Positions 44,864-54,434 of a stretch of 64,000 nucleotides of DNA are shown one piece after another. The position numbers and the translations under genes were made by a program. The DNA is from an uncultured delta proteobacterium (GTDB lineage: Bacteria > Myxococcota_A > Polyangia > Polyangiales > Polyangiaceae), in NCBI GenBank assembly GCA_963716725.1, contig CAVQUB010000006.1, forward strand, positions 128,001 through 192,000, written 5' to 3'. Under the pieces are notes generated by a model. The model was not told the origin of the DNA. It saw only the letters and a program-made list of their open reading frames with translations, and did not search any database. Position 1 is the first letter of the stretch; the number at the start of each line of letters is the position of its first letter.

Positions 44864-45108
44864 AGGCGCAGCGAACGCAGCGAACGCAGGGCACGCGGCC
44901 AAGAGTCTCTTCTGCTCTGAGCCAGAAATTCTCTGCGAACTCCGCGTTCCCCGCGCACTCCGCGCCTCTCGCCCCGCTGCCTCCCAGAAGAGGCGCAGCG
45001 AACGCAGCGAACGCAGGGCACGCGGCCAAGAGTCTCTTCTGCTCTGAGCCAGAAATTCTCTGCGAACTCCGCGTTCCCCGCGCACTCCGCGCCTCTCGCC
45101 CCGCTGCC
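44864..45108. repeat. Two identical 118-bp REP-like imperfect palindromes (44864-44981, 44991-45108)
   Basis: Direct repeat with a 9-bp spacer. Each copy has 9-bp-periodic arms (GCGAACGCA... / ...CTCCGCG). Lies between convergent genes. Confidence 0.9.
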
Positions 45109-45113
45109 AGCGC

Positions 45114-46082
45114 TCAGCGAGCCAGGTGGTCGAAGCCGCCGCGCGTGATGCGCCGACGCGAACCGTCGGCGCGCTCGAGCCACACGCTACGTCCCGCCTC
45201 GATGCGTCCGATGCGATCGAGGTCGGGGTGCGGACGCGCGCTCGTGGCGAGCAGCGCGTAGTCTTCTCCTCCGAACAGCATCAGCTCGAGCGGGCTCGTG
45301 CCCAGGCGCTCCGCAGCGAGGCCAAAGCCCTTGGGCTCTCGGGCGAGCAGCGGTGTGGCTTCGATCACGACTCGAACGCCGCTCGCCCGGGCGAGATGCG
45401 CCGCATCGCCGGCGAGGCCATCCGAGACATCCACGGCGGAGTGAGCCCGGCGGACGAGCGCTTTCCCTTGGTCGATCAAGGCGCGCGGTCGTCGCCACGC
45501 GCTGATCGCCGATCGCTCGGCTGCCGTGCGCGGCGCTTGGCCCCGCTGCAGGAGCCGCAGGCCGAGCGCGGCCCGACCGAGGGCGCCTACGACGAAGAGC
45601 CCGTCTCCTGCGCGGGCGGCGCTCCGCAGCAGCGGTCGGCCCACCTGCCCGAGCACGGTGGTCACAACGCCAAGCTCCGAGGCCCGCGACAGGTTGCCGC
45701 CAACGACCGGGCAAGAGATGGCGCGCGCAGCCGCCGCCTGTCCGCGCGCCAGCAGCGCGAGCTCGGAACGCTTGACCGACGCAGGCAACCCGAGCTGCGA
45801 CAGCGCGGCCACGGGCGTTGCTCCCATGGCCGCGAGATCGCTCGCGGCCGCCATCAGCGATTTCCAACCCAGATCCGCCAGCGAGAGCCAGCGCCGGTCG
45901 AAGTGCACGCCCTCCGTGCAAGCGTCCACGGTCCAGACCAGGCGCTCACGGCCCAGGCGGAGCACCGCGGCGTCGTCGCCAATCCCGATCTCGACCTGGG
46001 GCAGGCGCTGACCCGAAGACAGCGTGCGCTCGAGCAGCGCGATCGCGGCCTGCTCCGACAGCGGGCGCCGATCTCGCGTCAC
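45114..46082 (-). CDS. thiL: Thiamine-monophosphate kinase
   Basis: GIGDDAA, EGVHF, SDLAAMGA, DVSDGL and GGEDYAL; GTG overlaps the kinase stop. Confidence 0.92.
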   Translation of the reverse strand: MTRDRRPLSEQAAIALLERTLSSGQRLPQVEIGIGDDAAVLRLGRERLVWTVDACTEGVHFDRRWLSLADLGWKSLMAAASDLAAMGATPVAALSQLGLPASVKRSELALLARGQAAAARAISCPVVGGNLSRASELGVVTTVLGQVGRPLLRSAARAGDGLFVVGALGRAALGLRLLQRGQAPRTAAERSAISAWRRPRALIDQGKALVRRAHSAVDVSDGLAGDAAHLARASGVRVVIEATPLLAREPKGFGLAAERLGTSPLELMLFGGEDYALLATSARPHPDLDRIGRIEAGRSVWLERADGSRRRITRGGFDHLAR

Positions 46083-47497
46083 GCGATGGTGGTTCGACGA
46101 CACGGAAGAGTCACCACGAACACTGCGCCCTTCGGCTCGTTGTCCTCCACCCGCACCGTACCGTCGTGCGCGTCGACCAGGCGCCGTACGATCGACAGGC
46201 CCAGACCCGTGCCTTCGTGCTCGCGAGTGGCGCTGCCGTCGACCTGATAAAAAGCGTCGAAGACCCGCTCTTTCTCGGCGTCGGGCACCCCGATGCCGGT
46301 GTCGACGACGCAGATCTCGACGGCCGGCCGCTTGGCGCTGAACAAGACCAGCCCGCGCCCATCCTCGTCGGCGCGCCGCTCGATGGTCGAGGCTCGCACC
46401 ACGAGCTTCACGTGGCCCCGCTCGGGCGTGAACTTGAGGGCGTTCTCGGTGAGGTTGAGCACGACCTGGCGGAGGCGCTCGGCGTCCGCCCACACGGTCG
46501 GCAACCCCGGCTCGGACTCCACCTTGATCTCCACGGCCTTCTTCCGCGCCGCCGGCGCCAGAGTCTGCGCTGCGTCCAGCACCACCGGAACCACGTCGAT
46601 CTCGGCCTTCTTCAGGCTCATGGTCCCGCTCTCGAGCTTCGAAAGATCGAGCAGGCCCTTGATCAGGTCGAGCAGCTGCTCGCCCTTTTCGTGGATGGTG
46701 TGCACGAAGTCGCGCTGCTCCTCGGTCAGCTCTCCGGCGATGCCCTCGCGCAACATCTCGCTGTAGCCAATGATGCTGGTCAGCGGAGTCCTGAGCTCGT
46801 GGGACACCGTCCCGAGGAAGTTGCTCTTCAGCCGGTCGAGTTCCTTGAGCCGATCGAAGGCGTGTTGCAGCTTGGCGTTCTTCTCCGAGAGCTCACGGTA
46901 GCTCTCTTGCACGCTCGCCAAGTGCATGTTGCTGGTGAGCAGCGCCTTGTGACCCGAAAATAGGATCAGATCCAGAGTGCGACACAAGTGTCGAACGACG
47001 CTTCGCGCGTGCTCTTCCGACAGTGAGGGCAGCTCGGCATAGGCGCTGCGCACGCGCTCCATGTCGATGCCCGGATCGAGCGCTTCGATGTCGCTCCCGG
47101 GGCTCGCCGCCGCGGGATCGCGGTAGGGGCCCAGGATCAGGCGGCCGAGTGAGCGCCCGTCGTAGCTGACGGGAGCAACGAGGTAGCGCGCGCCCGTGAC
47201 ACAGGTGAATTTGAGCTCCTGGTCCTCCTCGGGGACGAGGGATTTGACCGAGGCGACCACCGCGGAGAGCGCGGCCTGTCCGCCCTTGAACCCGTCGAGG
47301 TAGGCGTAGAGCGCCGGCTGCTCGCTCGCGTCCGCGAGCAGCTTGCCAGCCTCGCTGAAGATGCGCAGGGAGGCGCCGAAGAGCTCGCGGGCGCTCTCCG
47401 CCGTCTCACGCAGCGCAGCGCGGTCGACCAAGCTCTCGAGCTCGACCGCTCGCCCCATGGTGAGTTCTTCCAAGAGTTGAGTCGGACTCTCGCCCAT
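46079..47497 (-). CDS. Cytoplasmic sensor histidine kinase with N-terminal PocR-like domain
   Basis: LKSNFLGTVSHELRTPL, NLTENALKFT, DTGIG and GTGLGL; N-terminal CVTGARYLVAPV...GRLILGPY; no TM. Confidence 0.88.
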   Translation of the reverse strand: MGESPTQLLEELTMGRAVELESLVDRAALRETAESARELFGASLRIFSEAGKLLADASEQPALYAYLDGFKGGQAALSAVVASVKSLVPEEDQELKFTCVTGARYLVAPVSYDGRSLGRLILGPYRDPAAASPGSDIEALDPGIDMERVRSAYAELPSLSEEHARSVVRHLCRTLDLILFSGHKALLTSNMHLASVQESYRELSEKNAKLQHAFDRLKELDRLKSNFLGTVSHELRTPLTSIIGYSEMLREGIAGELTEEQRDFVHTIHEKGEQLLDLIKGLLDLSKLESGTMSLKKAEIDVVPVVLDAAQTLAPAARKKAVEIKVESEPGLPTVWADAERLRQVVLNLTENALKFTPERGHVKLVVRASTIERRADEDGRGLVLFSAKRPAVEICVVDTGIGVPDAEKERVFDAFYQVDGSATREHEGTGLGLSIVRRLVDAHDGTVRVEDNEPKGAVFVVTLPCRRTTIA

Positions 47498-48222
47498 CAC
47501 TCCACCTCCGGGCGCAGCACTTCCAGGGCGCCACCGACGCAGGCCCCCAGCAGATCCGCGAGCGGTCGCCGGTGACCCAGCTTGGCAGCGACGCTCTCCA
47601 AGAACGCGCTCGAGTCGAAGCCGAACTTACGGTTCAGGTCGTGCTCCGCGTCGAGCGCGCCCCAGGTCAGGTACAAGAGACCGATGAAGCTCTCGACCAC
47701 GCCGTCGCCCCGAGTCGCAACGGCCAGGTAGACCGGCTCCCGGCCTTGGGCGCCCAGCGATGCGATCTCTTCATCGCTGCGCACGGCGGGCAGGTCACGC
47801 TTGTTGAACTGGATGATGAGCGGGATCTGCTTGAGCGTGAGGCCGTAGGTCTTCAGGTTCTCCTTCAGATCCACGAACGCCGTCGCGTTGTTCTCGGTCT
47901 CCGCGACCTGCGAGTCCGCGATGAAGGCGATTCCATCGGCGCCCTGAAGTACGAGGCGCCGGGTCGAGGCGTGGATGACCTGTCCGGGAACGGTGAAGAC
48001 CTTCAGGCGGACCGACAGCCCGCCCTTGTCCCGGAAGGTGAAGGGCAGCAGATCGAAGAAGAGCGTGCGATCGTCCCGCGTCTCCAGGGTCATGAGCCGG
48101 CCGGTAATTCCCGGATCCGCAGCCTCGTGCAGCGCGTGCAGGTTGGTTGTCTTCCCGCTCAGGGCCGGGCCGTAGTAGACGAGCTTGATCGTGAGCTCCC
48201 GAGCGGCGAAATCAAGCTGCAT
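47497..48222 (-). CDS. MglA-family small Ras-like GTPase (possibly SofG-like)
   Basis: KLVYYGPALSGKTTNL, DRTLFFDLLP, TVPGQV, NKRDL and AVA; 241 aa with a C-terminal extension. Confidence 0.9.
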   Translation of the reverse strand: MQLDFAARELTIKLVYYGPALSGKTTNLHALHEAADPGITGRLMTLETRDDRTLFFDLLPFTFRDKGGLSVRLKVFTVPGQVIHASTRRLVLQGADGIAFIADSQVAETENNATAFVDLKENLKTYGLTLKQIPLIIQFNKRDLPAVRSDEEIASLGAQGREPVYLAVATRGDGVVESFIGLLYLTWGALDAEHDLNRKFGFDSSAFLESVAAKLGHRRPLADLLGACVGGALEVLRPEVE

Positions 48223-48324
48223 GGTGCGGAGGAAGAACTCTACATCAGCCTTCCGCCAACGGCGACAGCCAGTCGTCGGCCCGACGCGCTCGCCCGGAAA
48301 TCACCCAAAAGTCTGGAGTCCCGC

Positions 48325-49362
48325 GTGAGCAAGACCCTGGTGCTGCTCTGGCTCGGTACGTCCGCTCCGCAGGCGACCCACGAGACTGCCCTCGACTCCT
48401 GGTCTCGGGCGCGCTGGGTCCAGCTGGCCCCTCCGGCGGAAGCCTCCCCCGAAGGCCTCATCTACGACGACGCCTTGGTGTCCAAGATCGATGAGTGGCT
48501 CGAGCAAGCCCGACTCGCCGCAAGCTCGCTCGACGACGCCGCGGCACGCGAGCGCCTCGCCGAGGTCGAAGGTGCTTTGCGTCAGCACCCGGCTCTGCCT
48601 CAGGCCGCCTGGCTCATGGCCGAGTCGCTTCATGTCGAGGCCACGATCGCCGCCCGCGCCGCTCCCGCTGACCGCCCGAAGCTGCTCGCTCGCGCCGCGG
48701 CCCTCGAAGGAAGACGCGCGCCGGCCTTTGGCGAACCCGGTGACCCAACGGCTGCAACCTCGACCCAGTCGAAGATCGCGGTGCGCGGGATGCGCAGCGC
48801 CGACCAGCTCTACTTCGACGGCGTGCCCGTGGCGCGCCGCCTCGAAGTAGCAACCGGCGAGCACCACGTGCGCGTGCTGCGTCGGCAGCGCGTGGTGTGG
48901 GCCGGCTGGGTGTCCGTGGCAGGCTCGGGGGACGTCACGCTGCCCGTGGGCAGCCCCGTCGCGTGCAGCCTCGACGACCTCGAAGGCGTGAGCCTGCGCA
49001 TGCGCAAGGTCGTCGTGCCCACGGGCGTGGGCTGCGAGCGCTGGGCCGTGGCGCGACCGGCGGCGCGCGGCGGAATCGAAATCGCGTCCTGTCGCGGCTC
49101 CGAGTGCGGTCCGCTGATGGTGTGGAAGGCGCACTACGGCGCCATCTACCAGGGCCCGCCCCAACCCCCACCGGAGCCGGGCTTCCCGGCCTGGGCGACC
49201 TGGGCGCTGGCGGGCGCCGGCGCCGCGGTGCTCACCACGGGCGTGCTCTGGCAGGCCGGCGCCTTCGACGAGCCCGAACCCGGCGCGACGCGCTTCGTGT
49301 TCAACGGACCCGGGCAGCAGCAGAAGCTCGGAGCTAGCCCCAGCGCCTTCGGGCGTCGCTGA
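48325..49362 (+). CDS. Hypothetical membrane-anchored protein (PEGA-like segment)
   Basis: 3' part of ORF 47572..49362; LYFDG...GEHHVRV; C-terminal TM. Confidence 0.6.
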   Translation: MSKTLVLLWLGTSAPQATHETALDSWSRARWVQLAPPAEASPEGLIYDDALVSKIDEWLEQARLAASSLDDAAARERLAEVEGALRQHPALPQAAWLMAESLHVEATIAARAAPADRPKLLARAAALEGRRAPAFGEPGDPTAATSTQSKIAVRGMRSADQLYFDGVPVARRLEVATGEHHVRVLRRQRVVWAGWVSVAGSGDVTLPVGSPVACSLDDLEGVSLRMRKVVVPTGVGCERWAVARPAARGGIEIASCRGSECGPLMVWKAHYGAIYQGPPQPPPEPGFPAWATWALAGAGAAVLTTGVLWQAGAFDEPEPGATRFVFNGPGQQQKLGASPSAFGRR

Positions 49363-50710
49363 TCGCCTCCAGCACCCGGGATTTCGCCGGACCGCCGACG
49401 ACGCCGCGCCGCTCGACGGCCTGCGCGGGATCCAGGGCCAGCGTCACGCCCTGCCCCGTCAGCGCCGGATGCGCCTTCACGAGCTCCTCCGCCGACAGCT
49501 CGCCGATCTGGACGCCGCGCTCCTCTGCCGCGCGCACCACGGCGCCGACCACGTGATGGGCCTCGCGGAACGGCACGCCCTGGTCCACGAGATAGTCGGC
49601 GAGGTCCGTCGCGCAGACGTGCCCGCCGTCGAGGGCCGCACGCAGGCGCTCCCGGCGGAAGGTCGCGGTAGCAATCGCGCCGGTCAGCGCTCGAACACCG
49701 ACAATGGCATTGTCGAAGGCATCGAAGATGGGTCGCTTGTCCTCTTGCAGATCGCGCCCGTAGCCGAAGCACAGGCTCTTCTCGAGTATCAGCAAGGAGG
49801 TGGCGCTGCCGATCAAGAGCGCCGCCTTGCCGCGCACCAGCTCCGCGACGTCGGGGTTCTTCTTCTGCGGCATCATGCTCGAGCTGGTCGAGAACTGATC
49901 GCTGAGGCTCAAGAACCCGAACTCCTGGCTCGACCAGAGCACCATCTCTTCGCCAATGCGCGAGAGATGCACGCCGAGGATAGCCAGGGCACCGCTGAGC
50001 TCCATGGCAAAATCGCGGCTGCTCGTGGCGTCGATGCTGTTGCGGGTCGCGCGGGAGAACCCCAGATCCTTCGCCGTGGCCTCGCGATCGAGGGCGAAGC
50101 CAGTGCCGGCCACGGCCCCGGCGCCGAGCGGGCACTCGTCGAGACGCGCCAATGCGTCGGCGATGCGCCCGCGATCACGCCAGAGCAGCTCTTGCCACGC
50201 CATCAGATGATGCGAGAGCCGGCTGGGCTGTGCGCGCTGCAGGTGCGTATAAGACGGCATCAGCGTGTCGATCTCGCGCTCGGCCTGCGCCACGACGGCC
50301 CGGCCGAGGTCGTCCAGGGCCGCGAGAGTCTCTTGGGCGCGGCGTCGGCAGTAGAGCCGGAGATCCGTCGCGACCTGATCGTTGCGCGAGCGCGCAGTGT
50401 GCAGCTTGCCGCCCACCGCACCGACGATGGCGGTCAGGCGCGCCTCGATGTTCATGTGCACGTCTTCTTTGGCGCGATCCCAGACCATCTCACCGCGCTC
50501 GATCTCGGCGGCGACTTGCCCGAGTCCCGCCACCAGAGCCTCGGCCTCATCGGCGCTGATCACGCCGGCGCGGGCCAGACCGCGGGCATGAGCCACGGAT
50601 CCCGCGATGTCCTCACGCCACAGCGCCGAGTCCACGTCGACGCTGGTGTTGAGTGCCTCCATCGCACGATCGATGGCGGCGTCGAGCCTGCCGCCGCGAG
50701 CGACGCTCAC
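49334..50710 (-). CDS. argH: Argininosuccinate lyase
   Basis: EDVHMNIE, LHTARSRNDQVATD, YTHLQRAQP and SSMMPQKKNPD. Confidence 0.96.
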   Translation of the reverse strand: MSVARGGRLDAAIDRAMEALNTSVDVDSALWREDIAGSVAHARGLARAGVISADEAEALVAGLGQVAAEIERGEMVWDRAKEDVHMNIEARLTAIVGAVGGKLHTARSRNDQVATDLRLYCRRRAQETLAALDDLGRAVVAQAEREIDTLMPSYTHLQRAQPSRLSHHLMAWQELLWRDRGRIADALARLDECPLGAGAVAGTGFALDREATAKDLGFSRATRNSIDATSSRDFAMELSGALAILGVHLSRIGEEMVLWSSQEFGFLSLSDQFSTSSSMMPQKKNPDVAELVRGKAALLIGSATSLLILEKSLCFGYGRDLQEDKRPIFDAFDNAIVGVRALTGAIATATFRRERLRAALDGGHVCATDLADYLVDQGVPFREAHHVVGAVVRAAEERGVQIGELSAEELVKAHPALTGQGVTLALDPAQAVERRGVVGGPAKSRVLEAISDARRRWG

Positions 50711-52464
50711 GCGGGCGCTCCAGCGATTGTGCTCTTCAGCGCCTCGAGCCGCGCGCTCAGCTGCGCCAACCGCTCGCCATCGTGCTGCACGCGCGCGAGC
50801 TCCGCGTCTCGATCCGCGGCGCCACTTTCACGCTCGTCACGAACCGACGCCAAGACTTCGATCACCTCGCGGTGCAGCTCTTGGCCCGCGGTGACCACCC
50901 ACTCGTCGAGCCGGCTCGCGAACTCGTCCACCATCTCGTCGATCTTTGGACCGACCTTGGCGGCCGCGTCCCGCAAGACCACTGGCCCCAGCTCGAGCGC
51001 GCGCTTCTTGATCTCGGCCTCGGTGCGCCCGCGGTTCCAGAGCGCCAGCGCCGGCGCGGCTGCCATCAGCAGGCCGCCAAGCAGCACGTTGGCAAAGAGC
51101 ACGCCCATGCCGATGCTCAAGACCGCGAAGATGCCCACGTCGTAGGCAAAGCGGTCGACCTCGATGGGCGGCGCCTTCAGATCTGCTCCCATGGCCCCGC
51201 TCACGCGCTTGCCGACGTCGTGCGCGTCGTCTTTGACCAGCGCGACCATGCGCTCGCCGAGGGCCTCGAGGGCCGCGGCGATCTCTCGGGTCTCGAGCTC
51301 CGCCCACTGCCGGAAGGAGTGTTCGAAGAAGGGGCCCAGGTGCTGCTTCAGATCGTCTCCACTCGCTTGCTCGAGGATCGCCGGCAGCTGCCGCACCACG
51401 TCGTCGCAGAAGCGATCCAGGTCGCGCCGCGCCCAGGCCTTGATCGCCCCGGCCTCCTCGCGGATGGCCAGGCGCCGCTTCTCGACGGTGTCGGCTTGGC
51501 CTGCCAGATCGGCCTCGAGCATTTCGATGCGGCGAGCGATTTGCTCCGAGCTCATGGCGACCGCGCGCCGACGCGCGTCCACGCCGCGGCTCAGCACGGC
51601 GGCCGCAGAGACGCCTTCGCCCAGCGCGTTGGAGAGCAGGACGCGCCCGCGCTCCTCGGCCAGAAATCGCGTCAGGTGCTGCACCAGCTCCGGCAGACCG
51701 CTCTGCTCTGGGCGTTCGGCCAGCGCGGTCTGGGCACTGACGGCGAAGACCTGCGGCTCCTTCACCAGGGCCGCCAGCCGGTTGCGCACGTAGGCCAGCG
51801 CCTCGGTCCGCTCGGCGTCGCTCCAGATGTCGCTCTTGGCCACCACGAAGAAGATCTTGTCGCGGCTCTTTCCGATCAGCTGGTGCTCCAAGAACTGTCG
51901 TTCGCTCTCTTTCACCGGCTGCCCCGCGTCGAGCACGAAGAGCACCGCGTCCGACCGTGGGATGTAGCCGTAGGTGATCTCGGCGCGCGTCAGTGACAGA
52001 TCGTTCACTCCGGGAGTGTCGACCAGCACGATGCGCTCGCGCAGGAGCTCGGCCGGGAACCCCACCTCGACGTAGCTGACGGGCTCCTCGGAGCGGGCGC
52101 CGCCCGTGGCGAAGCTCTTCACGTCCTCGAAGGGCAGCGGCTGCTCTTGCCCCGAGGCGAGCACCACCTTCGCGCAGGGCTCGTCACTCCAGACGATGTG
52201 GTGGATGACGGCCGTGGTCGGGGTGACGCCAATGGGCAGCGCCGCGTTGCCCAAGAGCGCGTTCACGAAGGTGCTCTTGCCGTGGTTGAACTCCCCAACG
52301 ACGACCAGGTGGAAGCGATCGCTCTCGAGCTTCTTCACCAGATCGAGGTCGACACGTGCGGCGAGCGACGCGGCGCCGATGCTCCGGGCGACCTCGCCGA
52401 GATTGCCCAGGGCTTCGATGACTTCGAGCTTTCGCTCGCGGAAAGCGTCCAACATTTCGGGCAT
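50707..52464 (-). CDS. Bacterial dynamin-like GTPase
   Basis: GEFNHGKST, TPTT, DTPG and AKSD; long helical stalk with a hydrophobic paddle. Confidence 0.88.
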   Translation of the reverse strand: MPEMLDAFRERKLEVIEALGNLGEVARSIGAASLAARVDLDLVKKLESDRFHLVVVGEFNHGKSTFVNALLGNAALPIGVTPTTAVIHHIVWSDEPCAKVVLASGQEQPLPFEDVKSFATGGARSEEPVSYVEVGFPAELLRERIVLVDTPGVNDLSLTRAEITYGYIPRSDAVLFVLDAGQPVKESERQFLEHQLIGKSRDKIFFVVAKSDIWSDAERTEALAYVRNRLAALVKEPQVFAVSAQTALAERPEQSGLPELVQHLTRFLAEERGRVLLSNALGEGVSAAAVLSRGVDARRRAVAMSSEQIARRIEMLEADLAGQADTVEKRRLAIREEAGAIKAWARRDLDRFCDDVVRQLPAILEQASGDDLKQHLGPFFEHSFRQWAELETREIAAALEALGERMVALVKDDAHDVGKRVSGAMGADLKAPPIEVDRFAYDVGIFAVLSIGMGVLFANVLLGGLLMAAAPALALWNRGRTEAEIKKRALELGPVVLRDAAAKVGPKIDEMVDEFASRLDEWVVTAGQELHREVIEVLASVRDERESGAADRDAELARVQHDGERLAQLSARLEALKSTIAGAPA

Positions 52465-52490
52465 CCTAGGCTATTTCCGGGTCCGCCGCC

Positions 52491-53387
52491 CTACCCCACG
52501 ACCTTGACGATCTCGTGAACACGCTCGTCCACTTGGTCCATGCTCAGGCCGTCGCTGCCGGCCCCGACGTGCTGGCGGAACAGCGCGCTTTCAGCGAAGA
52601 GGCGCAGCGCCAGCACACGCTTGGGCAGCCAGGGGTGAGTGGCAAAGACCTCGCCAAAACGTCCGATGTTGCCCTGGGCTTCCTCGTGCTGCTCGAGAAA
52701 GGCCTCGATGTTCAGATCTTCGTAGAGCTTCTGCGACCCCAGGGCGAGCTTGGTCAGCGCCTTCGATGCGACCTCGAGATCGCGCGCGCAGAGCGCCCCG
52801 GCTCGGTCGCAGGTGATCTCGGCTCGCCGCGACCAGGCTCGCAGGGCGAGCACCGCGGGCAGGCTGGCATAGCGCAGGAACAAGCCCGCCATCCGCGTCA
52901 GCATGTAGAGCGCGGTCAGGTAGACCACGTGGTTATTGTGAATGTGCCCACACTCGTGGCCGATCACGCTCATCAGCTCGTCGTCCGAGAGGTGATCGAC
53001 GAGGCCCGAGTGGATCATGATGAAAGAGTCGTCGTTGGTGCCATAGGTCGCCGCGTTGAGGTGCGGGTTGTTGACGACGTACAGCGTCGGGGTGGCGATG
53101 CCGAGGGTCTCGCCGCAGCGCTCGGCCAGGGACTGCACCCGCGGGAACTGGCGCGGACCGATCTTCACGGCGTGACCCAAGAGCTCGGCCTTGCCGATGT
53201 GCTTGAACATGCGGACGCCGGCCGCCACCGCCAGCTCCACCGGCTTCATGGTCTCGAAGGCGGAGCGGGTCTTGCGATCCCAGGCGTAGGCGTAGGCGTG
53301 GGAACTCTCGCCGGAGCTCGCCCCCGGTTGGCCTTGCCTTCTGTGTTCGACGAACTTCTGAAAATCGAGGGCTTCGACGCGGGCCAT
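52491..53387 (-). CDS. M48 (HtpX-like) zinc metallopeptidase
   Basis: NAATYG, GHECGH, WSRRAEITCDRAG and THP. Confidence 0.9.
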   Translation of the reverse strand: MARVEALDFQKFVEHRRQGQPGASSGESSHAYAYAWDRKTRSAFETMKPVELAVAAGVRMFKHIGKAELLGHAVKIGPRQFPRVQSLAERCGETLGIATPTLYVVNNPHLNAATYGTNDDSFIMIHSGLVDHLSDDELMSVIGHECGHIHNNHVVYLTALYMLTRMAGLFLRYASLPAVLALRAWSRRAEITCDRAGALCARDLEVASKALTKLALGSQKLYEDLNIEAFLEQHEEAQGNIGRFGEVFATHPWLPKRVLALRLFAESALFRQHVGAGSDGLSMDQVDERVHEIVKVVG

Positions 53388-53439
53388 TTTCCCCGCAACG
53401 TAACGTCGGCTCCGGGTCGCCGCAATCGCGGCCGCAAAT

Positions 53440-54393
53440 TCAGTCGAGCCCGCGGCAGGCCGAGTCGAGGGCTCCGGCCTCGATCTCGGCGAGGCGCGCC
53501 AAAAATCGCCGGTAGTCCCGCAGCGGGGGCGCACCGGCGGCCGCTCGCAGGGAGTAGTCGGTGATGCGTGTGGTCGCGAAGCGCAGCGCCCCCAAGGCGC
53601 CTTCGAGCGGAAGCGCAGCGACCTCCCTCGGACCCAAACGACGCACCGCGTGATAGCCGGCCAGCAGGGCCCGCACCAGCTCGGGGTCGAAGCGATCTCC
53701 AAAGCACCAGGCGTGCACGCAGACCATCAAGTCGTAGACGTACACGCCGTGGCAGGCGCTCTCGAAATCGATGAGCGCGGCGACGCGCCCGTCGTGCCAA
53801 AGCACGTTGTCCCGAAACAGATCTCCGTGAACCAATCCGGCGGGCAGACTCGCATCGCGACGCGCGATGACCGCTGCGAGCCGCTCGGAGATCTCGCGAG
53901 TGACCGGCTCGAACGCGGGCGCTTCCTTCGCGGCTCGACTGAGCCGGGCTTCCAGATCGGCGCGCTCGAACCGCCCCTTCGGCGCGTTGTCGATCCGTGC
54001 GAGGTGAACGCGCGCGAGGGCCTCCCCCACGGCCCGAGTGTGTTCGACCCGCACCCGCGCCTGGCACAGGATCTCCCCGTCGATCCAGGGGAACAGCGCG
54101 ACGGGTTTGCCTCGGTGTTCGTCCAAGACAGACCCGTCCCCGCGCGCCAACGGCATCGGAGTCGGCACGCCGGCCCGCGCGAGCGCCCCGAGCACTGCAA
54201 GCTCCTGAGTCGCCCCCTCCGTCGCTTGCTCTTCGTACACCCGCGCGAAGACCGAGCGCCCCGCTTGGGTCTCGAAGCGAAAGTTCGAGTTCACACTCCC
54301 TCCCTGCACGGGCACCACGCAGACGATGTCCAGCCCGAAGGCGCGCCCGATGCGGCGGGCGTCTTCGAGGGCGAGGGGGGTGATGAGTGCCAT
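53440..54393 (-). CDS. thrB: Homoserine kinase type II
   Basis: GSVNSNF, HGDLFRDNV, IDF, ALRFATTR and DYRRF. Confidence 0.88.
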   Translation of the reverse strand: MALITPLALEDARRIGRAFGLDIVCVVPVQGGSVNSNFRFETQAGRSVFARVYEEQATEGATQELAVLGALARAGVPTPMPLARGDGSVLDEHRGKPVALFPWIDGEILCQARVRVEHTRAVGEALARVHLARIDNAPKGRFERADLEARLSRAAKEAPAFEPVTREISERLAAVIARRDASLPAGLVHGDLFRDNVLWHDGRVAALIDFESACHGVYVYDLMVCVHAWCFGDRFDPELVRALLAGYHAVRRLGPREVAALPLEGALGALRFATTRITDYSLRAAAGAPPLRDYRRFLARLAEIEAGALDSACRGLD

Positions 54394-54434
54394 CTCGGCG
54401 GACATGCTAGCCTGGGAAGCGTCATGCGAGGCGG

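Noticed and set aside
44864..45108. 118-bp repeat as CRISPR or tRNA
   Set aside because: Too long, only a 9-bp spacer, and no cloverleaf.
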